Counted from the first letter of the stretch, positions 49,466 through 60,910 are shown. The stretch is 64,000 nucleotides of DNA from an uncultured Lachnobacterium sp. (GCA_964393435.1 CAYMTP010000001.1:247-64246); one strand, 5' to 3'. The notes: generated by a model not told the origin, from the letters alone. A program made the numbers and translations.

Positions 49466-52111
49466 CTACATCTGTGCAAGACGTTCTTCTACCTGTGCCA
49501 TCATTTGTTCGTATTTTGCAAGCTTATCTTTTTCTTCCTGAACCTTTTCTGGTTTTGCATTGTTAAGGAAACGTTCATTAGAAAGCATACCCTTAGAACG
49601 AGCGAGCTCTTTTTCTAATTTTTCTTTCTCTTTCATGAGACGTTCTTTTTCTTTTTCAAAGTCCACAAGGTCTTCTAATGGAAGGTAAATTACTGCTCCT
49701 GGAATCACTACAGAAACTGCATTGTCAGAAATGCCATCTTTGTTTTCCTGTACTGCAATTTCATTTGTAAATGCAAGGTTTACATATACTTCTTTGTTTG
49801 CATCGAAGATTGCACGTAAGCTTTCATCTTCTGAAACAATATAAATCTTTGCTTTTCTTGAAGGTGGAACATCCATTTCTGTACGAACGTTACGAACACC
49901 TTTTACAAGATCCTTGCAATGTTCAATCGCAGCTTCTTCTGCTGGGAAGTTCCATTCTTCTTTGTATTCTGGCCACTTTGCTAACATGATAGTATCTTCT
50001 TCTGACTGAAGTGTGCAGAAGATTTCTTCTGTGATAAATGGCATATATGGATGAAGAAGTTTTAACGCTTCTGTAAGTACAGTCTTAAGTGTCCAAAGAG
50101 CTGCATTTGCAGATGCTGGGTCTTCATCCTTTTTGTAAGTACGAACCTTTGCGATTTCGATGTACCAGTCACAGAATTCATCCCAGATGAAATCATAAAC
50201 CTTCTGTACTGCGATACCAAGTTCGTATTTATCCATGTTTTCTGTAGCATCTTTTGCCAAAGTATTTACCTTAGAAAGAATCCACTTATCTGCTGCATGA
50301 AGTTCATCTAAAGCAGGCTCTGTGATTTCCATTCCCTCTAAGTTCATCATGATGAAACGAGATGCATTCCAAACCTTATTGGCAAAGTTACGAGAAGCTT
50401 CTACTCTTTCCCAATAGAAACGCATATCGTTGCCAGGTGCATTACCTGTAATCAGTGTAAGACGAAGTGCATCTGCGCCATACTTATCAATAACTTCAAG
50501 TGGGTCAATACCGTTGCCAAGAGATTTACTCATCTTGCGTCCCTGTGAGTCACGAACCAATCCGTGGAATAATACGGTGTGGAATGGAGCCTTGCCCATC
50601 TGTTCGTAACCAGAGAATATCATACGAATTACCCAGAAGAAAATAATGTCGTAACCTGTAACTAACACATCATTTGGATAGAAATAATCCAAATCCTCTG
50701 TTTTTTCTGGCCAGCCCAAGGTAGAGAAAGGCCAAAGTGCAGATGAGAACCATGTATCCAATGTATCTGGGTCCTGGTCCATACCTGCATGTCCACACTT
50801 AGGACATGTACCTGGATTTTCATGTGCAACTACCATCTCACCACATTCTGGACAGTAGTAAGCTGGGATTCTGTGTCCCCACCAAAGCTGACGGGAAATA
50901 CACCAGTCACGGATATTGTCTGTCCAGTTGAAGTATGTCTTATCCATACGTTTTGGAAGGAGTTCGATTTCACCATTCTTTACACCTTCAACTGCTGGTT
51001 TAATCATTTCATCCATTTTTACGAACCACTGCTGTTTAATCATTGGTTCTACAGTAGTGCCACATCTATCGTGTGTACCTACGTTGTGTGAATGTGGTTC
51101 TACTTTTACAAGGAGTCCCATCTCTTCAAGGTCAGCTACCAATGCCTTACGACATTCATATCTGTCCATGCCAACATATTTTCCAGCAAGAGCGTTCATC
51201 GTAGCATCATCATTAATAACTACGATTTCTTCTAATCCATGACGTTTTCCTACTTCAAAGTCGTTAGGGTCATGAGCAGGAGTAATCTTAACACAGCCTG
51301 TACCGAATTCTTTATCTACATAAGCGTCTGCAATAACAGGGATTTCACGACCTGTTGTTGGAAGAACGAGATTCTTTCCAATGATATCTTTATATCTGTC
51401 ATCATCTGGGTTTACAGCTACTGCTGTATCACCAAATAAGGTTTCTGGACGTGTGGTAGCGATTTCTACGAAACGGCCTTCTTCACCAACTACAGGGTAG
51501 TTGATATGCCAGAAGAATCCATCCTGCTCTTCGTGTTCTACTTCTGCGTCAGAGATAGATGTCTTACAGATTGGACACCAGTTTACGATACGAGAGCCTT
51601 TGTAAATCCATCCCTTGTCAAACAACTTGATAAATACATCCTGAACTGCATGAGAACAGCCTTCGTCCATAGTGAAACGTTCTCTTTCCCAGTCTGCAGA
51701 AGAACCTAATTTCTTTAACTGTTTGATAATACGTCCACCGTATTCTTCTTTCCAATCCCAGCATTTTTCCAGGAATCCATCACGACCCAAATCAGCCTTA
51801 TCGATGCCCTGTTCCTTTAAGCTTTCGATGACCTTTACTTCTGTTGCGATAGAAGCATGGTCAGTACCTGGCTGCCAAAGGGCATTGTATCCCTGCATTC
51901 TCTTATAACGGATCAAAATATCCTGCATTGTATTGTCAAGTGCATGTCCCATGTGAAGCTGACCTGTGATGTTTGGTGGAGGCATCACGATGGTGAATGG
52001 CTTTTTACTGCGGTCTACTTCTGCATGGAAATAGCCATTGTCTTCCCATTTCTGATACAATCTGTCTTCAATGTCTTTTGGATCATAAGTTTTGTTTAAT
52101 TCTTTACTCAT
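49466..52111 (-). CDS. valS: Valine--tRNA ligase
   Basis: PPPNITGQLHMGH, DWCISRQLWWGH, KMSKS, C-terminal coiled-coil arm. Confidence 0.98.
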   Translation of the reverse strand: MSKELNKTYDPKDIEDRLYQKWEDNGYFHAEVDRSKKPFTIVMPPPNITGQLHMGHALDNTMQDILIRYKRMQGYNALWQPGTDHASIATEVKVIESLKEQGIDKADLGRDGFLEKCWDWKEEYGGRIIKQLKKLGSSADWERERFTMDEGCSHAVQDVFIKLFDKGWIYKGSRIVNWCPICKTSISDAEVEHEEQDGFFWHINYPVVGEEGRFVEIATTRPETLFGDTAVAVNPDDDRYKDIIGKNLVLPTTGREIPVIADAYVDKEFGTGCVKITPAHDPNDFEVGKRHGLEEIVVINDDATMNALAGKYVGMDRYECRKALVADLEEMGLLVKVEPHSHNVGTHDRCGTTVEPMIKQQWFVKMDEMIKPAVEGVKNGEIELLPKRMDKTYFNWTDNIRDWCISRQLWWGHRIPAYYCPECGEMVVAHENPGTCPKCGHAGMDQDPDTLDTWFSSALWPFSTLGWPEKTEDLDYFYPNDVLVTGYDIIFFWVIRMIFSGYEQMGKAPFHTVLFHGLVRDSQGRKMSKSLGNGIDPLEVIDKYGADALRLTLITGNAPGNDMRFYWERVEASRNFANKVWNASRFIMMNLEGMEITEPALDELHAADKWILSKVNTLAKDATENMDKYELGIAVQKVYDFIWDEFCDWYIEIAKVRTYKKDEDPASANAALWTLKTVLTEALKLLHPYMPFITEEIFCTLQSEEDTIMLAKWPEYKEEWNFPAEEAAIEHCKDLVKGVRNVRTEMDVPPSRKAKIYIVSEDESLRAIFDANKEVYVNLAFTNEIAVQENKDGISDNAVSVVIPGAVIYLPLEDLVDFEKEKERLMKEKEKLEKELARSKGMLSNERFLNNAKPEKVQEEKDKLAKYEQMMAQVEERLAQM

Positions 52112-52164
52112 TTTCCTTTTCCTTTCTATCTTTCATAATATTACGTTTCATATTTCTAATTTAA

Positions 52165-52440
52165 AAACGCCCTTCATGTCAATTGACATAAAGGGCGTAA
52201 ATATACGCGGTACCACCTTTTTCATGTCGGAGAAAAGCTATACTCTTCTCGAACACCTCATGTCCGTTAACGGGGACGAAGCGGAATTGCTTACTTCTTG
52301 CCGTGGCAAATCCACAGCCTTTTCACCAATTCGGTTCAAAAGCTACCTTCCATAAGTCGATCTTCAAAATGTCTTTCAGCCAACGGACATTTCTCTCTGG
52401 GAAGTCTTGTTATGTACTCCTCTTTCTCATTACCTTTATC
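52165..52440 (-). ncRNA. T-box riboswitch leader of valS
   Basis: Minus strand AGAGA...GGCTGAAA stem I, Val specifier GTA (52346-52344), T-box AAGGTGGTACCGCG and terminator at 52167-52198; promoter TTGACA-17-TATTAT at 52487-52459. Confidence 0.93.
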
Positions 52441-52490
52441 TATTTATCACTGCATAAGATAATACTTGCAAAAGCACGTTTTGTCAAGAA

Positions 52491-52634
52491 TTAATCGTTT
52501 TGTGTTGACATATAGTCGTCATCATCAATGCCACCCATCACAGACGCAATCGTTCCTGATACAACAACTACTACAACGATACATATAAAAACAATAAAAG
52601 TCAAAAATGCAAATAAGAATCCTTCAGGTGTCAT
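52491..52634 (-). CDS. Small single-TM hypothetical protein
   Basis: MTPEGFLFAF...; RBS AGGAG; acidic tail. Confidence 0.55.
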   Translation of the reverse strand: MTPEGFLFAFLTFIVFICIVVVVVVSGTIASVMGGIDDDDYMSTQND

Positions 52635-52747
52635 AATACTATCTCCTATTTTCCGTACTTTGTTATTCCAAACATGGAACACTCATTTCTGTTATTATAG
52701 CATATCCAAAAACAATTCGCAAGAATCCTAAACTGTTTCATATATTT

Positions 52748-54691
52748 TTAATAATATACTCTATAGGCAATATCCATATCCACGTTACCCTTAATTCCAG
52801 GTACCGTTCCACTATCTGTATATTGCCAAATATCATAACGGCCTGTATAGGTACATTCTGTATTATATTGGGCAACCCAGATATGATATTGCTCCAACTC
52901 ACTGGCATTAACCTTATTGGTATACCAGTATCTACCAGAGTATACTCCTGGTTTATATCCAGCATTTTTCACGGTTTCACAAAAGGCTTTTAGAAATTGG
53001 GTTCTGGCTTCTTTTGATATATTGTCTCCTCTGCCTCCAGAGCTTTCTGTATCAACGAAAATTGGCAACTGTAAATGATATCCTTTTACAAGTTCAAGTG
53101 CCATACTGGCTTCTTCAACCGCCTCTGCCTGAGTGATTGCTTGAGAATAAAAATAAACGCCTACTTTAATTCCATTTTGGGTAGCCCCCGCTATATTCTT
53201 CTTAAAATATGGGTCTTCCACTAGGGTGCCAGAGGATGATCCTCGATATCCACAACGGATAATCGCAAAATCAATACCAGATTCAGCAACTGCCTTCCAA
53301 TCAATATCACCTTGGTATTTCGACACATCGATTCCAACAATCTGAGGATTTGTAATCAAACAACCTTTTTCATCAAACTCATAGCTTACACCACTTATTA
53401 CCTGCTTTCCTGTGGCATATGTATTGTCTTCTTTAAAATAATAAACCTTTCCATCTAAAGTCTGCCAGCCAGTATACTTTGGATTTGTGTAGAATTTTTC
53501 TGCCGCAGAAAAATCTTTTGGTGTCGCGATGGTTTTTGCTTCGATATCAACAAAAAGAAGATTGCCTTCGATATCCTTTAACTGAGTTTTATCATCTGTG
53601 TAATCTTCCACTATTACATCACAGGAAATCTCTTGTGTCAGTATTTGCAGAGTATTTATACCATCATTCAATTCCTCATTCTGGCTCTCAATTTTTGCTT
53701 GTTTCTCTTCATAGAAAATAGTGGCAATTAGTTTCACCTGTCCATTTGACTTTGCATCCAAGGATACCGACAGCTTGTCCTCTGCCACTGTCCAACCCAC
53801 GATATTTTCCTTATCTAAAGCCCATTGAACCTCTTTTACTTCGCCATTCACATCTACCATATCTAATTGTACATCTATGGTTTTTGAGGTTTCTTTTCCG
53901 CGAGCATAAAGTGTAACTGTTTTAGGCAAAGAAATCTCCGCAGAAGCCACCGTGATTTTATTTTTTTCATCACTTACTGTAGCATCTGGGAATACAGAAA
54001 AATCTACTTTCTCTTTTTCTACCTCTGTGGTCGTAACTGTACTCTTTATAAGAGGCAGTGTATTTTTAGTTGCCTGCTCTACCTCTACATCTTTATTTTC
54101 AGTATCTTCCTTTGAGGTATCGATTTGAGTTTCATCTTTAATCTCGTTTTTGATTTCAACCTTTTCATATACAATCTTGTCCTTTACCGTGGCAGAAATC
54201 GAATTCTGTGCAATGACAATCCCTGTCATTTCCTGAAACTGCACCTTGTAATTCCCTGCGACAATGGATTGGATGTAAATAATACCATCCATATCGTGGT
54301 CATTGTAATCCGTTCCAGCCTCCGTCCCTTCTGGAGTCACAGTAATCACAAAGGGCAAACCTGCAACCAACGCATTGTTTTCATCGACAATCTTGATTTT
54401 TAAATCTCGTTCCACTGAGGTTGCAGTCATAGAAACAGTAATAGTTTCGATGACCTCTTCCTCTTCTGTCTCCTCTATAGTCCCAAACTGCTCTGTGGCA
54501 ATCCCTTCAGTGTCCTGTGTATTTTCTGTTCCGAAAGCACCTGTTGATTTATTCTGCATGGAAACAGCGATTCCTCCAGCAATCACAAGTATAAGTGCCA
54601 AAACTGCACATAAAATCGCGACTCCTTTTTTCCCCGGTGTGAAGGATTCCCATTTTTGAATAAGATTCTGTAAAAAACTATTCTGTATCAT
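52748..54691 (-). CDS. Membrane-anchored GH25 lysozyme with cell-wall-binding repeats
   Basis: GIDVSKYQG-IDW, R-GYRG, PIFVDTE, WVAQY, WQYT; TGWQTLDGKVYYF repeat. Confidence 0.9.
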   Translation of the reverse strand: MIQNSFLQNLIQKWESFTPGKKGVAILCAVLALILVIAGGIAVSMQNKSTGAFGTENTQDTEGIATEQFGTIEETEEEEVIETITVSMTATSVERDLKIKIVDENNALVAGLPFVITVTPEGTEAGTDYNDHDMDGIIYIQSIVAGNYKVQFQEMTGIVIAQNSISATVKDKIVYEKVEIKNEIKDETQIDTSKEDTENKDVEVEQATKNTLPLIKSTVTTTEVEKEKVDFSVFPDATVSDEKNKITVASAEISLPKTVTLYARGKETSKTIDVQLDMVDVNGEVKEVQWALDKENIVGWTVAEDKLSVSLDAKSNGQVKLIATIFYEEKQAKIESQNEELNDGINTLQILTQEISCDVIVEDYTDDKTQLKDIEGNLLFVDIEAKTIATPKDFSAAEKFYTNPKYTGWQTLDGKVYYFKEDNTYATGKQVISGVSYEFDEKGCLITNPQIVGIDVSKYQGDIDWKAVAESGIDFAIIRCGYRGSSSGTLVEDPYFKKNIAGATQNGIKVGVYFYSQAITQAEAVEEASMALELVKGYHLQLPIFVDTESSGGRGDNISKEARTQFLKAFCETVKNAGYKPGVYSGRYWYTNKVNASELEQYHIWVAQYNTECTYTGRYDIWQYTDSGTVPGIKGNVDMDIAYRVYY

Positions 54692-54767
54692 CTTATTTTC
54701 CCATTTCTTTCATATATTTAAGATTTAATTATAATGGAAAATAGATATTGTGTAAACCACATAAAGT

Positions 54768-54818
54768 AAGGGACTGTCACAAAATAGACGCAAACCGTCT
54801 GTAGCGTGACAGCCCCTT
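54768..54818. repeat. Short palindromic REP-like element / terminator
   Basis: CTGTCACAAAATAGA...CGTCT...GTGACAGC; related copy in inverted orientation at 60911-60957. Confidence 0.6.
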
Positions 54819-54826
54819 CTTACATT

Positions 54827-55624
54827 TTAATCAGCAATCTGCATTCCCGTTACATCCATATGAAAATTCTCTCGAATAATCAATTCCGAAATCGGTACAA
54901 TTTCATAGCCTTGATTTTCAAGATTTGTGAGCATTTCATCTAAAGCTTCTGCTGTATGTTTTGCTCCATTATGACATAGGATAATAGAACCATTTCCTAA
55001 AGAATCATGATTACATACGTTATTGATAATAGTAGCTGCATCATAATCTTTCCAATCTAAAGAATCAACATCCCATTGAATCGGATAATAGCCATTTTCA
55101 TAACAAGTGCGGATAACCTCATTGTTATAGGCACCATATGGCGGACGAAACAGTTCCATTTCATACCCAGTCAGCTCTTTTACAGCATTATGTACTTTCA
55201 AAATCTGCTCCCGCTGTGCTTCCTTTGACAGAGTCGTCATGTCAGGATGCGTAGCACTGTGATTGCCCAAATCATGTCCTTTTTCCACCAGTTTCTTTAC
55301 ACACTCAGGATACTTCTCCACCCATTCTCCTGTCATAAAAAAGGTAGTTTTCACATTATGTTTATCCAAAATTTCCATAATCTTTTCGAAATCCTCTGCT
55401 CCCCAGGCTGCATCGAAACTGATGGAGATTTTCTTTTCATCCGTATCTACAGAATAAATCGGAAGTTCTCTATCCCCATATGTACTATTTACTGCAATTG
55501 CAGTATCTCCTAAATGCACGGCCAAAAGGATGCAAACAAAAAGAGCCAATGCTTGAATCCCCACACGGGTTTCCTTCTTTGACTCTTTTATGATGTTCCA
55601 TAACTTATTTAGTTTTTCTCTCAT
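54827..55624 (-). CDS. Polysaccharide deacetylase (PdaB-like)
   Basis: SFDAAWG, GNHSATH, FRPPYG, WDVDSLDW, IILCHN. Confidence 0.9.
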   Translation of the reverse strand: MREKLNKLWNIIKESKKETRVGIQALALFVCILLAVHLGDTAIAVNSTYGDRELPIYSVDTDEKKISISFDAAWGAEDFEKIMEILDKHNVKTTFFMTGEWVEKYPECVKKLVEKGHDLGNHSATHPDMTTLSKEAQREQILKVHNAVKELTGYEMELFRPPYGAYNNEVIRTCYENGYYPIQWDVDSLDWKDYDAATIINNVCNHDSLGNGSIILCHNGAKHTAEALDEMLTNLENQGYEIVPISELIIRENFHMDVTGMQIAD

Positions 55625-55675
55625 AAATGCACCTACAAATTATCTTATATCAAATATATTCATAGGGCATCTACT

Positions 55676-56359
55676 TTATAACTTCGAAATAAAATCCAAC
55701 ACGATTTCAATCGATACCACAGCTGCCTGCTCCGCAAAAGTCTGGTAATCCATTGCTCCACCGTCACCATCTGAAATAGAGCGAAGCACAGCAAATGGTA
55801 CGTTGTTTACTGTACAAACATGACCAATGCTTCCACCTTCCATTTCTGCTGCGATAGCACGGAAGTCGTTGCGAATCTGTGCTTTCTTAGCTGGGTCGTG
55901 CATAAACAAGTCTCCTGTTGCAATTGGGCCTGTCACAAAGCTTACGCCTTTTTCCTGAAGACACTCACCGAGAAGCCTTCTCATCTTTTCATCTGTTGGG
56001 AAATAAATCTGGTTGAGACCAGAGATAAGTCCAACTGGGTCGCCCAAAGCAGAGGTGTCCATATCATGCTGGAATACATCAGTGGCAAGGGCTACGTCCA
56101 ACACATTCAAATCCTTGGTAAGTGTGCCTGCCACACCGATATTGATAATCATATCTGGGCTGAATTTTAAAATCATAGCTTCTGCACAAATTGCTGCGAA
56201 GACTTTACCTACGCCACATACCGCAGCCACTACTTCTACATCACCGATATTACCACTTACGAAATTGATACCGCTTACGGTTTCTGTGTTCTGATTTTCC
56301 AGTGCTTCTTTCAGATTGTCTACTTCCATCTGCATCGCACCGATAATTCCGATTTTCAC
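55676..56359 (-). CDS. mtnN: 5'-methylthioadenosine/S-adenosylhomocysteine nucleosidase
   Basis: KIGIIGAM, GVGKV, TGD-F, EMEG, RSISD; adjacent to luxS; GTG start after AGGAGG. Confidence 0.92.
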   Translation of the reverse strand: MKIGIIGAMQMEVDNLKEALENQNTETVSGINFVSGNIGDVEVVAAVCGVGKVFAAICAEAMILKFSPDMIINIGVAGTLTKDLNVLDVALATDVFQHDMDTSALGDPVGLISGLNQIYFPTDEKMRRLLGECLQEKGVSFVTGPIATGDLFMHDPAKKAQIRNDFRAIAAEMEGGSIGHVCTVNNVPFAVLRSISDGDGGAMDYQTFAEQAAVVSIEIVLDFISKL

Positions 56360-56402
56360 TGTTGTTTCCTCCTGTTTTGCTATGGGCAGAACGCCCATCT
56401 TT

Positions 56403-56861
56403 TTATTCTGGATATGAGAACTGCATATTCTCCCAATTATTCAAAACTTCTAGATACTTCTCTGCCTCTTCCTTGGCAAGTGCCAAATCAAGATTTGCAT
56501 AGTTGCCACATTCAATGGCGGATGCTCCGAACACTGGACCTTCATAAGCTACGATATCTTCTAAAATTTCTATGGTAAGTTCAAACACTTCCACCGGTGC
56601 CAGGTCCTTTACCAAGAAGTAAAAACCAGTCTGACACCCCATTGGTCCAAAATAGATAATCTTGTCAGTCACCTTAGAGTTACGGGCATATGTTGCAAAC
56701 ATATGCTCCAAAGAATGCATGGTAGCATTGCTCATGTAATCTCCATGGTTTGGCTTTCTCGTACGTAAATCGTAAGTGATGACATTATCATCCTCGCGTG
56801 AAATATAAAATCCAGGCTCTAAAATATTGTGATTAATCTGGAAACTCTTTATTCTTTCCAT
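56403..56861 (-). CDS. luxS: S-ribosylhomocysteine lyase
   Basis: SF-INH, HSLEH, PMGCQTGFY, CGNY. Confidence 0.95.
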   Translation of the reverse strand: MERIKSFQINHNILEPGFYISREDDNVITYDLRTRKPNHGDYMSNATMHSLEHMFATYARNSKVTDKIIYFGPMGCQTGFYFLVKDLAPVEVFELTIEILEDIVAYEGPVFGASAIECGNYANLDLALAKEEAEKYLEVLNNWENMQFSYPE

Positions 56862-56870
56862 GATACTCTC

Positions 56871-58673
56871 CTAACACATTTTCTCAAATTTATCCAAATA
56901 CTCTTCGAATACATTCAGTGCATCGTCTACTGGAGCTGGTGTACTCATATCTACGCCTGCTGCCTTCAAGAGGTCGATTGGATCCTTAGAACCACCACCG
57001 CTTAAGAAATTTTCGATGTAGCGGTCTACTGCTGGCTTACCTTCTTCTAAGATTTTCTTAGAAAATGCAATCGCTGCTGAGTAGCCTGTTGCATACTGAT
57101 ATACATAGAAGGATGTGTAAAAATGAGGAATACGCATCCATTCATAATCAATTTCTTCATCTACCACCATGTCTGGTCCGTAATAAAGTACATTTAAATC
57201 ATGGTAAATCTGGCAGAGGGTTTCTTTCGTCAGATTTTCACCATCTGCAAGTCTCTTATGCACAATCATTTCAAATTCAGCAAACATAGCCTGACGGAAC
57301 AATGTAGTACGGAATTCTTCCAGATAATGATTGATTAAATACTTGCGTTCTACTTCGTCGGTACAATTTTCCATCATGTGATGCATAAGAAGTGATTCAT
57401 TACAGGTAGAAGCTACTTCTGCAACGAAAATCAAATAACCTGCATAAGTGATAGGCTGACATTTGTTCGAATAATAAGTATGCATTGCATGACCCATTTC
57501 ATGTGCCAGAGTAAACATACTGCCTAAATTGTCCTGATGGTTCAAAAGCACATATGGATGTGTGCCGTAAGCACCCCAGGAATATGCACCAGAGCGTTTA
57601 TTTTCATTCTCGTAAACGTCTACCCAATCCTTATCCATACCTTCGGAAGCGACCTTGACATAGTCTTCTCCCATAGGTGCTAAGGATTTCTTAACGATTT
57701 CCTTTGCTTCATCATAAGGATATTTGGTACCTGGGTCTTCTACCACTGGCACATAGATATCATACATATGAAGCTGGTCTACACCCAAGAGTTTCTTGCG
57801 GATAGACATATATTTGTGCATTGCAGGAAGATGTTTATGCACAGTTTCAATCAAATTATCATATACTGACTCTGGAATATTTCCTTCGTCCAAATGCATT
57901 GCACGTACACTTGGATAATTGCGCACAGTGGCAAAGAAATTCTCTTTCTTAAGCTGAGCCTGGAAAATCGCTGCTACTGTGTTGCTGCGTCTTTTGTATT
58001 CCTTGTATACTCCGCGGAAAACATCCTTACGAAATCTTCTATCTTTTTCCTGTAAGAGGGTCGTAAAATTACCATGGGTAATCTGGATATGATTTCCTTC
58101 TACATCTGTGACGGATGGGAACCTAATATCCGCATTATCAAACATAGAGTAGATATTGTATGGAGCTACTGCCATATTTCCAGCCTGTGCCAAAATACTT
58201 TCTACTTCTTCATTGCGAGTATGTGCCTTCGCACGTAAGATTTCACTGATAGCTCTGCGGTATTTTCCTAATTCTGGTTCATCCTTATAAAACTGTTCCA
58301 ATGTCGCTTCATCCATAGACAAAATCTCTGGATTCATAAACGAAGTCGCACTCGACATTGCCACCGAAATCGTATCTGCCTTTGCAGAATATCCCTGATA
58401 TTTGGAAACAGCAGTATCCTCATGATAACGTTGATTTGCATATACATAAACACGTTCCCCATGGAATTGAATTTCATCTAATTTCTGGAAGAACTCAAGC
58501 AAGACGTGTGCACTTTTACTTAAGCGGCCTTTGTACTGTTCTATTTCTTTGGCAAGGTCGAGCACCTGCTGTGCTTCCTCTTCCCAAAGCTCATCGGTTG
58601 CAAACATATCCTGCATATTCCATTTGTACTGAGTTGGAATCTCATCACGTTTACAAATCTTATCTTTTCCCAT
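56871..58673 (-). CDS. pepF: Oligoendopeptidase F
   Basis: KRSGAYS, TLAHEMGH, FVAEVAS, W-RIPHFY, FYVYQYA. Confidence 0.95.
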   Translation of the reverse strand: MGKDKICKRDEIPTQYKWNMQDMFATDELWEEEAQQVLDLAKEIEQYKGRLSKSAHVLLEFFQKLDEIQFHGERVYVYANQRYHEDTAVSKYQGYSAKADTISVAMSSATSFMNPEILSMDEATLEQFYKDEPELGKYRRAISEILRAKAHTRNEEVESILAQAGNMAVAPYNIYSMFDNADIRFPSVTDVEGNHIQITHGNFTTLLQEKDRRFRKDVFRGVYKEYKRRSNTVAAIFQAQLKKENFFATVRNYPSVRAMHLDEGNIPESVYDNLIETVHKHLPAMHKYMSIRKKLLGVDQLHMYDIYVPVVEDPGTKYPYDEAKEIVKKSLAPMGEDYVKVASEGMDKDWVDVYENENKRSGAYSWGAYGTHPYVLLNHQDNLGSMFTLAHEMGHAMHTYYSNKCQPITYAGYLIFVAEVASTCNESLLMHHMMENCTDEVERKYLINHYLEEFRTTLFRQAMFAEFEMIVHKRLADGENLTKETLCQIYHDLNVLYYGPDMVVDEEIDYEWMRIPHFYTSFYVYQYATGYSAAIAFSKKILEEGKPAVDRYIENFLSGGGSKDPIDLLKAAGVDMSTPAPVDDALNVFEEYLDKFEKMC

Positions 58674-58781
58674 ATTTTCTTCCCCCATTCTTTTGGATTT
58701 GTGATGCCACAAGACACATCACCATTTGAAGTTATTTTAACACAAAAAGGGGGCTAGCACACCCCCTTTGATAAAATAAAT

Positions 58782-60365
58782 TTAATTCGAATTAGAATCC
58801 TCTACTGGCACAACCAAATCCTCTTGCTCGATGGTTTCACCATCATATACCATCTTGATTAATGTTTGTGCATGTTCTACGGTAGCTTCGTCTGGAACCA
58901 TAACATATGTTTTCATATTTGGCATAGAATAGCAAGTTCTGCTCTCGCCTACACCAGTCACTGAGTAAGTCTGCACATTCCATTCAGCCATATCTTCCAG
59001 CTGCATCTTTACAATAGCGGAAATATCTTCCTGAGACACATTGCACTTGAAATAGCCTCCCATGCTGTCTAATACCTGATTATAATTGAGAAGCAAACTT
59101 CCAGATGACATCTTTGCAATCATGCCCTTGATAACTGCCATCTGATGCTGTCCACGAGCACGGTCTCCGCCGCCAAACTGCTTTCTTTCACGAACGAATG
59201 CCAATGCCTGTTCTCCATTTACCTCATTCGCGCCTTTTTGGAAGTAAATTCCTTCATTTGTAGTATAAAACTCTTTTTCTGAATAAACCGTAATTCCGCC
59301 TAGAGCATCAACTAATCGTTTAAATCCAGTAAAATTCAACTGTGCATAATAATTGACATCCACATCATACAAATCACTTAAAGTATCCATCGAACATTCT
59401 ACACCGTAAGTGCCACAGTGGGTCAATTTATCTAAAGCACCATCTTCGGATACCGAGATTGGCACATAAAAATCACGAGGTGTATTCACTAAAAGCACCT
59501 GCTTCGTACTAGGATTTACCACAGCAAGAATGTTTACATCACTATTCGCACGAGTTGCAGCATATGCAGTATCATGTCCACTTATATAGATAACGAAGGG
59601 ATCCTTTGTCACATCAAATTGTACCTCTTCCTTTTCTGTCACCTGCGTTTCGCTTGTAACCACACATTCATGAACACACTTTATTTTATCCGAAATATCG
59701 CTATATCCTTCCTGATCCTCTATAATATCCAAATATGCAGAACTCAGGATAAAAGCGTCCTTTTCTTTGGCTAACACCTTATCTATCATTTCAAAGATAT
59801 CGCTGTATTCTTCTAGATTCAAATTGCGATCTAATTCATTTTCAATTACACCAATCGCTTTCTTTGTATTGTTTCTGTCGTAGGAAAGACTATAAGCAAA
59901 ATCATATCGTTTTGCATCCTCCAGCGATTCTGCCTTATCTTCTACACGAACATATACGCCGAACACGAACTCTTCTACTTCCTGGTTCTCATCTCCCACC
60001 AGATTCGCCATGGTATCTTCAAATTTAGTCATCATCTGAATACCAATCACATCTACTACAATCAGCGTAATTGCAAGGAGCATCGCGATTGTACGAATCA
60101 TATATTTTCCAACGTCGCTCTTCTTAGGTGCTGATTCTTCTGAAATGCCCTTTGCATTTTTCTTCTTAATTGGGAGAAGGAAGAAAAAAGCAAAAATAAT
60201 AAGCAATAAAAAAACAACCACCAAGACAGCTGGCCCAAAATACTTCATCGGCAACATGTCTAATCCTGCTACCTTAATCAATAATCCTACAGTTGCTAAT
60301 ACAGTTAATGCAAAAATAATACCTGCGGTTATAGGCCATACTCTATTCTTGTGGTTGTTCATCAT
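58782..60365 (-). CDS. LCP (LytR-CpsA-Psr) family protein
   Basis: Three N-terminal TMs; SDVNI, TPRD, KLTH, ALAFVRER, R-HQ. Confidence 0.9.
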   Translation of the reverse strand: MMNNHKNRVWPITAGIIFALTVLATVGLLIKVAGLDMLPMKYFGPAVLVVVFLLLIIFAFFFLLPIKKKNAKGISEESAPKKSDVGKYMIRTIAMLLAITLIVVDVIGIQMMTKFEDTMANLVGDENQEVEEFVFGVYVRVEDKAESLEDAKRYDFAYSLSYDRNNTKKAIGVIENELDRNLNLEEYSDIFEMIDKVLAKEKDAFILSSAYLDIIEDQEGYSDISDKIKCVHECVVTSETQVTEKEEVQFDVTKDPFVIYISGHDTAYAATRANSDVNILAVVNPSTKQVLLVNTPRDFYVPISVSEDGALDKLTHCGTYGVECSMDTLSDLYDVDVNYYAQLNFTGFKRLVDALGGITVYSEKEFYTTNEGIYFQKGANEVNGEQALAFVRERKQFGGGDRARGQHQMAVIKGMIAKMSSGSLLLNYNQVLDSMGGYFKCNVSQEDISAIVKMQLEDMAEWNVQTYSVTGVGESRTCYSMPNMKTYVMVPDEATVEHAQTLIKMVYDGETIEQEDLVVPVEDSNSN

Positions 60366-60382
60366 TTTTTCCTCTTATGTAT

Positions 60383-60778
60383 TTATTCAAAAAACTTTTT
60401 ACGTGATATGAAATTATAGTTCGTAACAAGAAGTGTGGATAAAAGCTTTGCTACAACATAGTAGATTTGGAACACTTCTACAGCAATCCACATAATCATC
60501 TGATTTAATAAAAGTCCGACAAGACTTAACACAAAAAAGATAGATGCTTCTTTTACTTTTCCCATATCCTCTCTGCCTTGGAATACATATCTCATACTGA
60601 GAAAATAATTCACAAAAACAGATAATGTATATGAAAATGCACAAGCCTGAAAGTAATCAAGCCCGAACACAGTATTTTCCGTAAGGAAAACCATAAAAAC
60701 ATAATCGACTATAAGGCTTGTAATTCCAACAGCTGCAAACTTTACATACTGAAAGATCAATGTTCTATTGTTAAACAT
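60383..60778 (-). CDS. GtrA family membrane protein
   Basis: QYVKFAAVG, NYF-S--YVF, NFISRK; four TMs. Confidence 0.88.
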   Translation of the reverse strand: MFNNRTLIFQYVKFAAVGITSLIVDYVFMVFLTENTVFGLDYFQACAFSYTLSVFVNYFLSMRYVFQGREDMGKVKEASIFFVLSLVGLLLNQMIMWIAVEVFQIYYVVAKLLSTLLVTNYNFISRKKFFE

Positions 60779-60910
60779 GATTATCTCCTATTTCTCGACA
60801 TTCATCAAGTATCTGAGATATTATATTCCTTTGAAAAACAAAAAACAATTCCAATATTAAACAAATCTCACATGTATACAAGCTTAAAATTGGTAAAAAT
60901 TGACAAAATA

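Noticed and set aside
55676..58673. pepF-luxS-mtnN cluster as a novel quorum-sensing system
   Set aside because: luxS plus mtnN is the standard SAH recycling / AI-2 pathway, and no receptor or peptide gene is adjacent.
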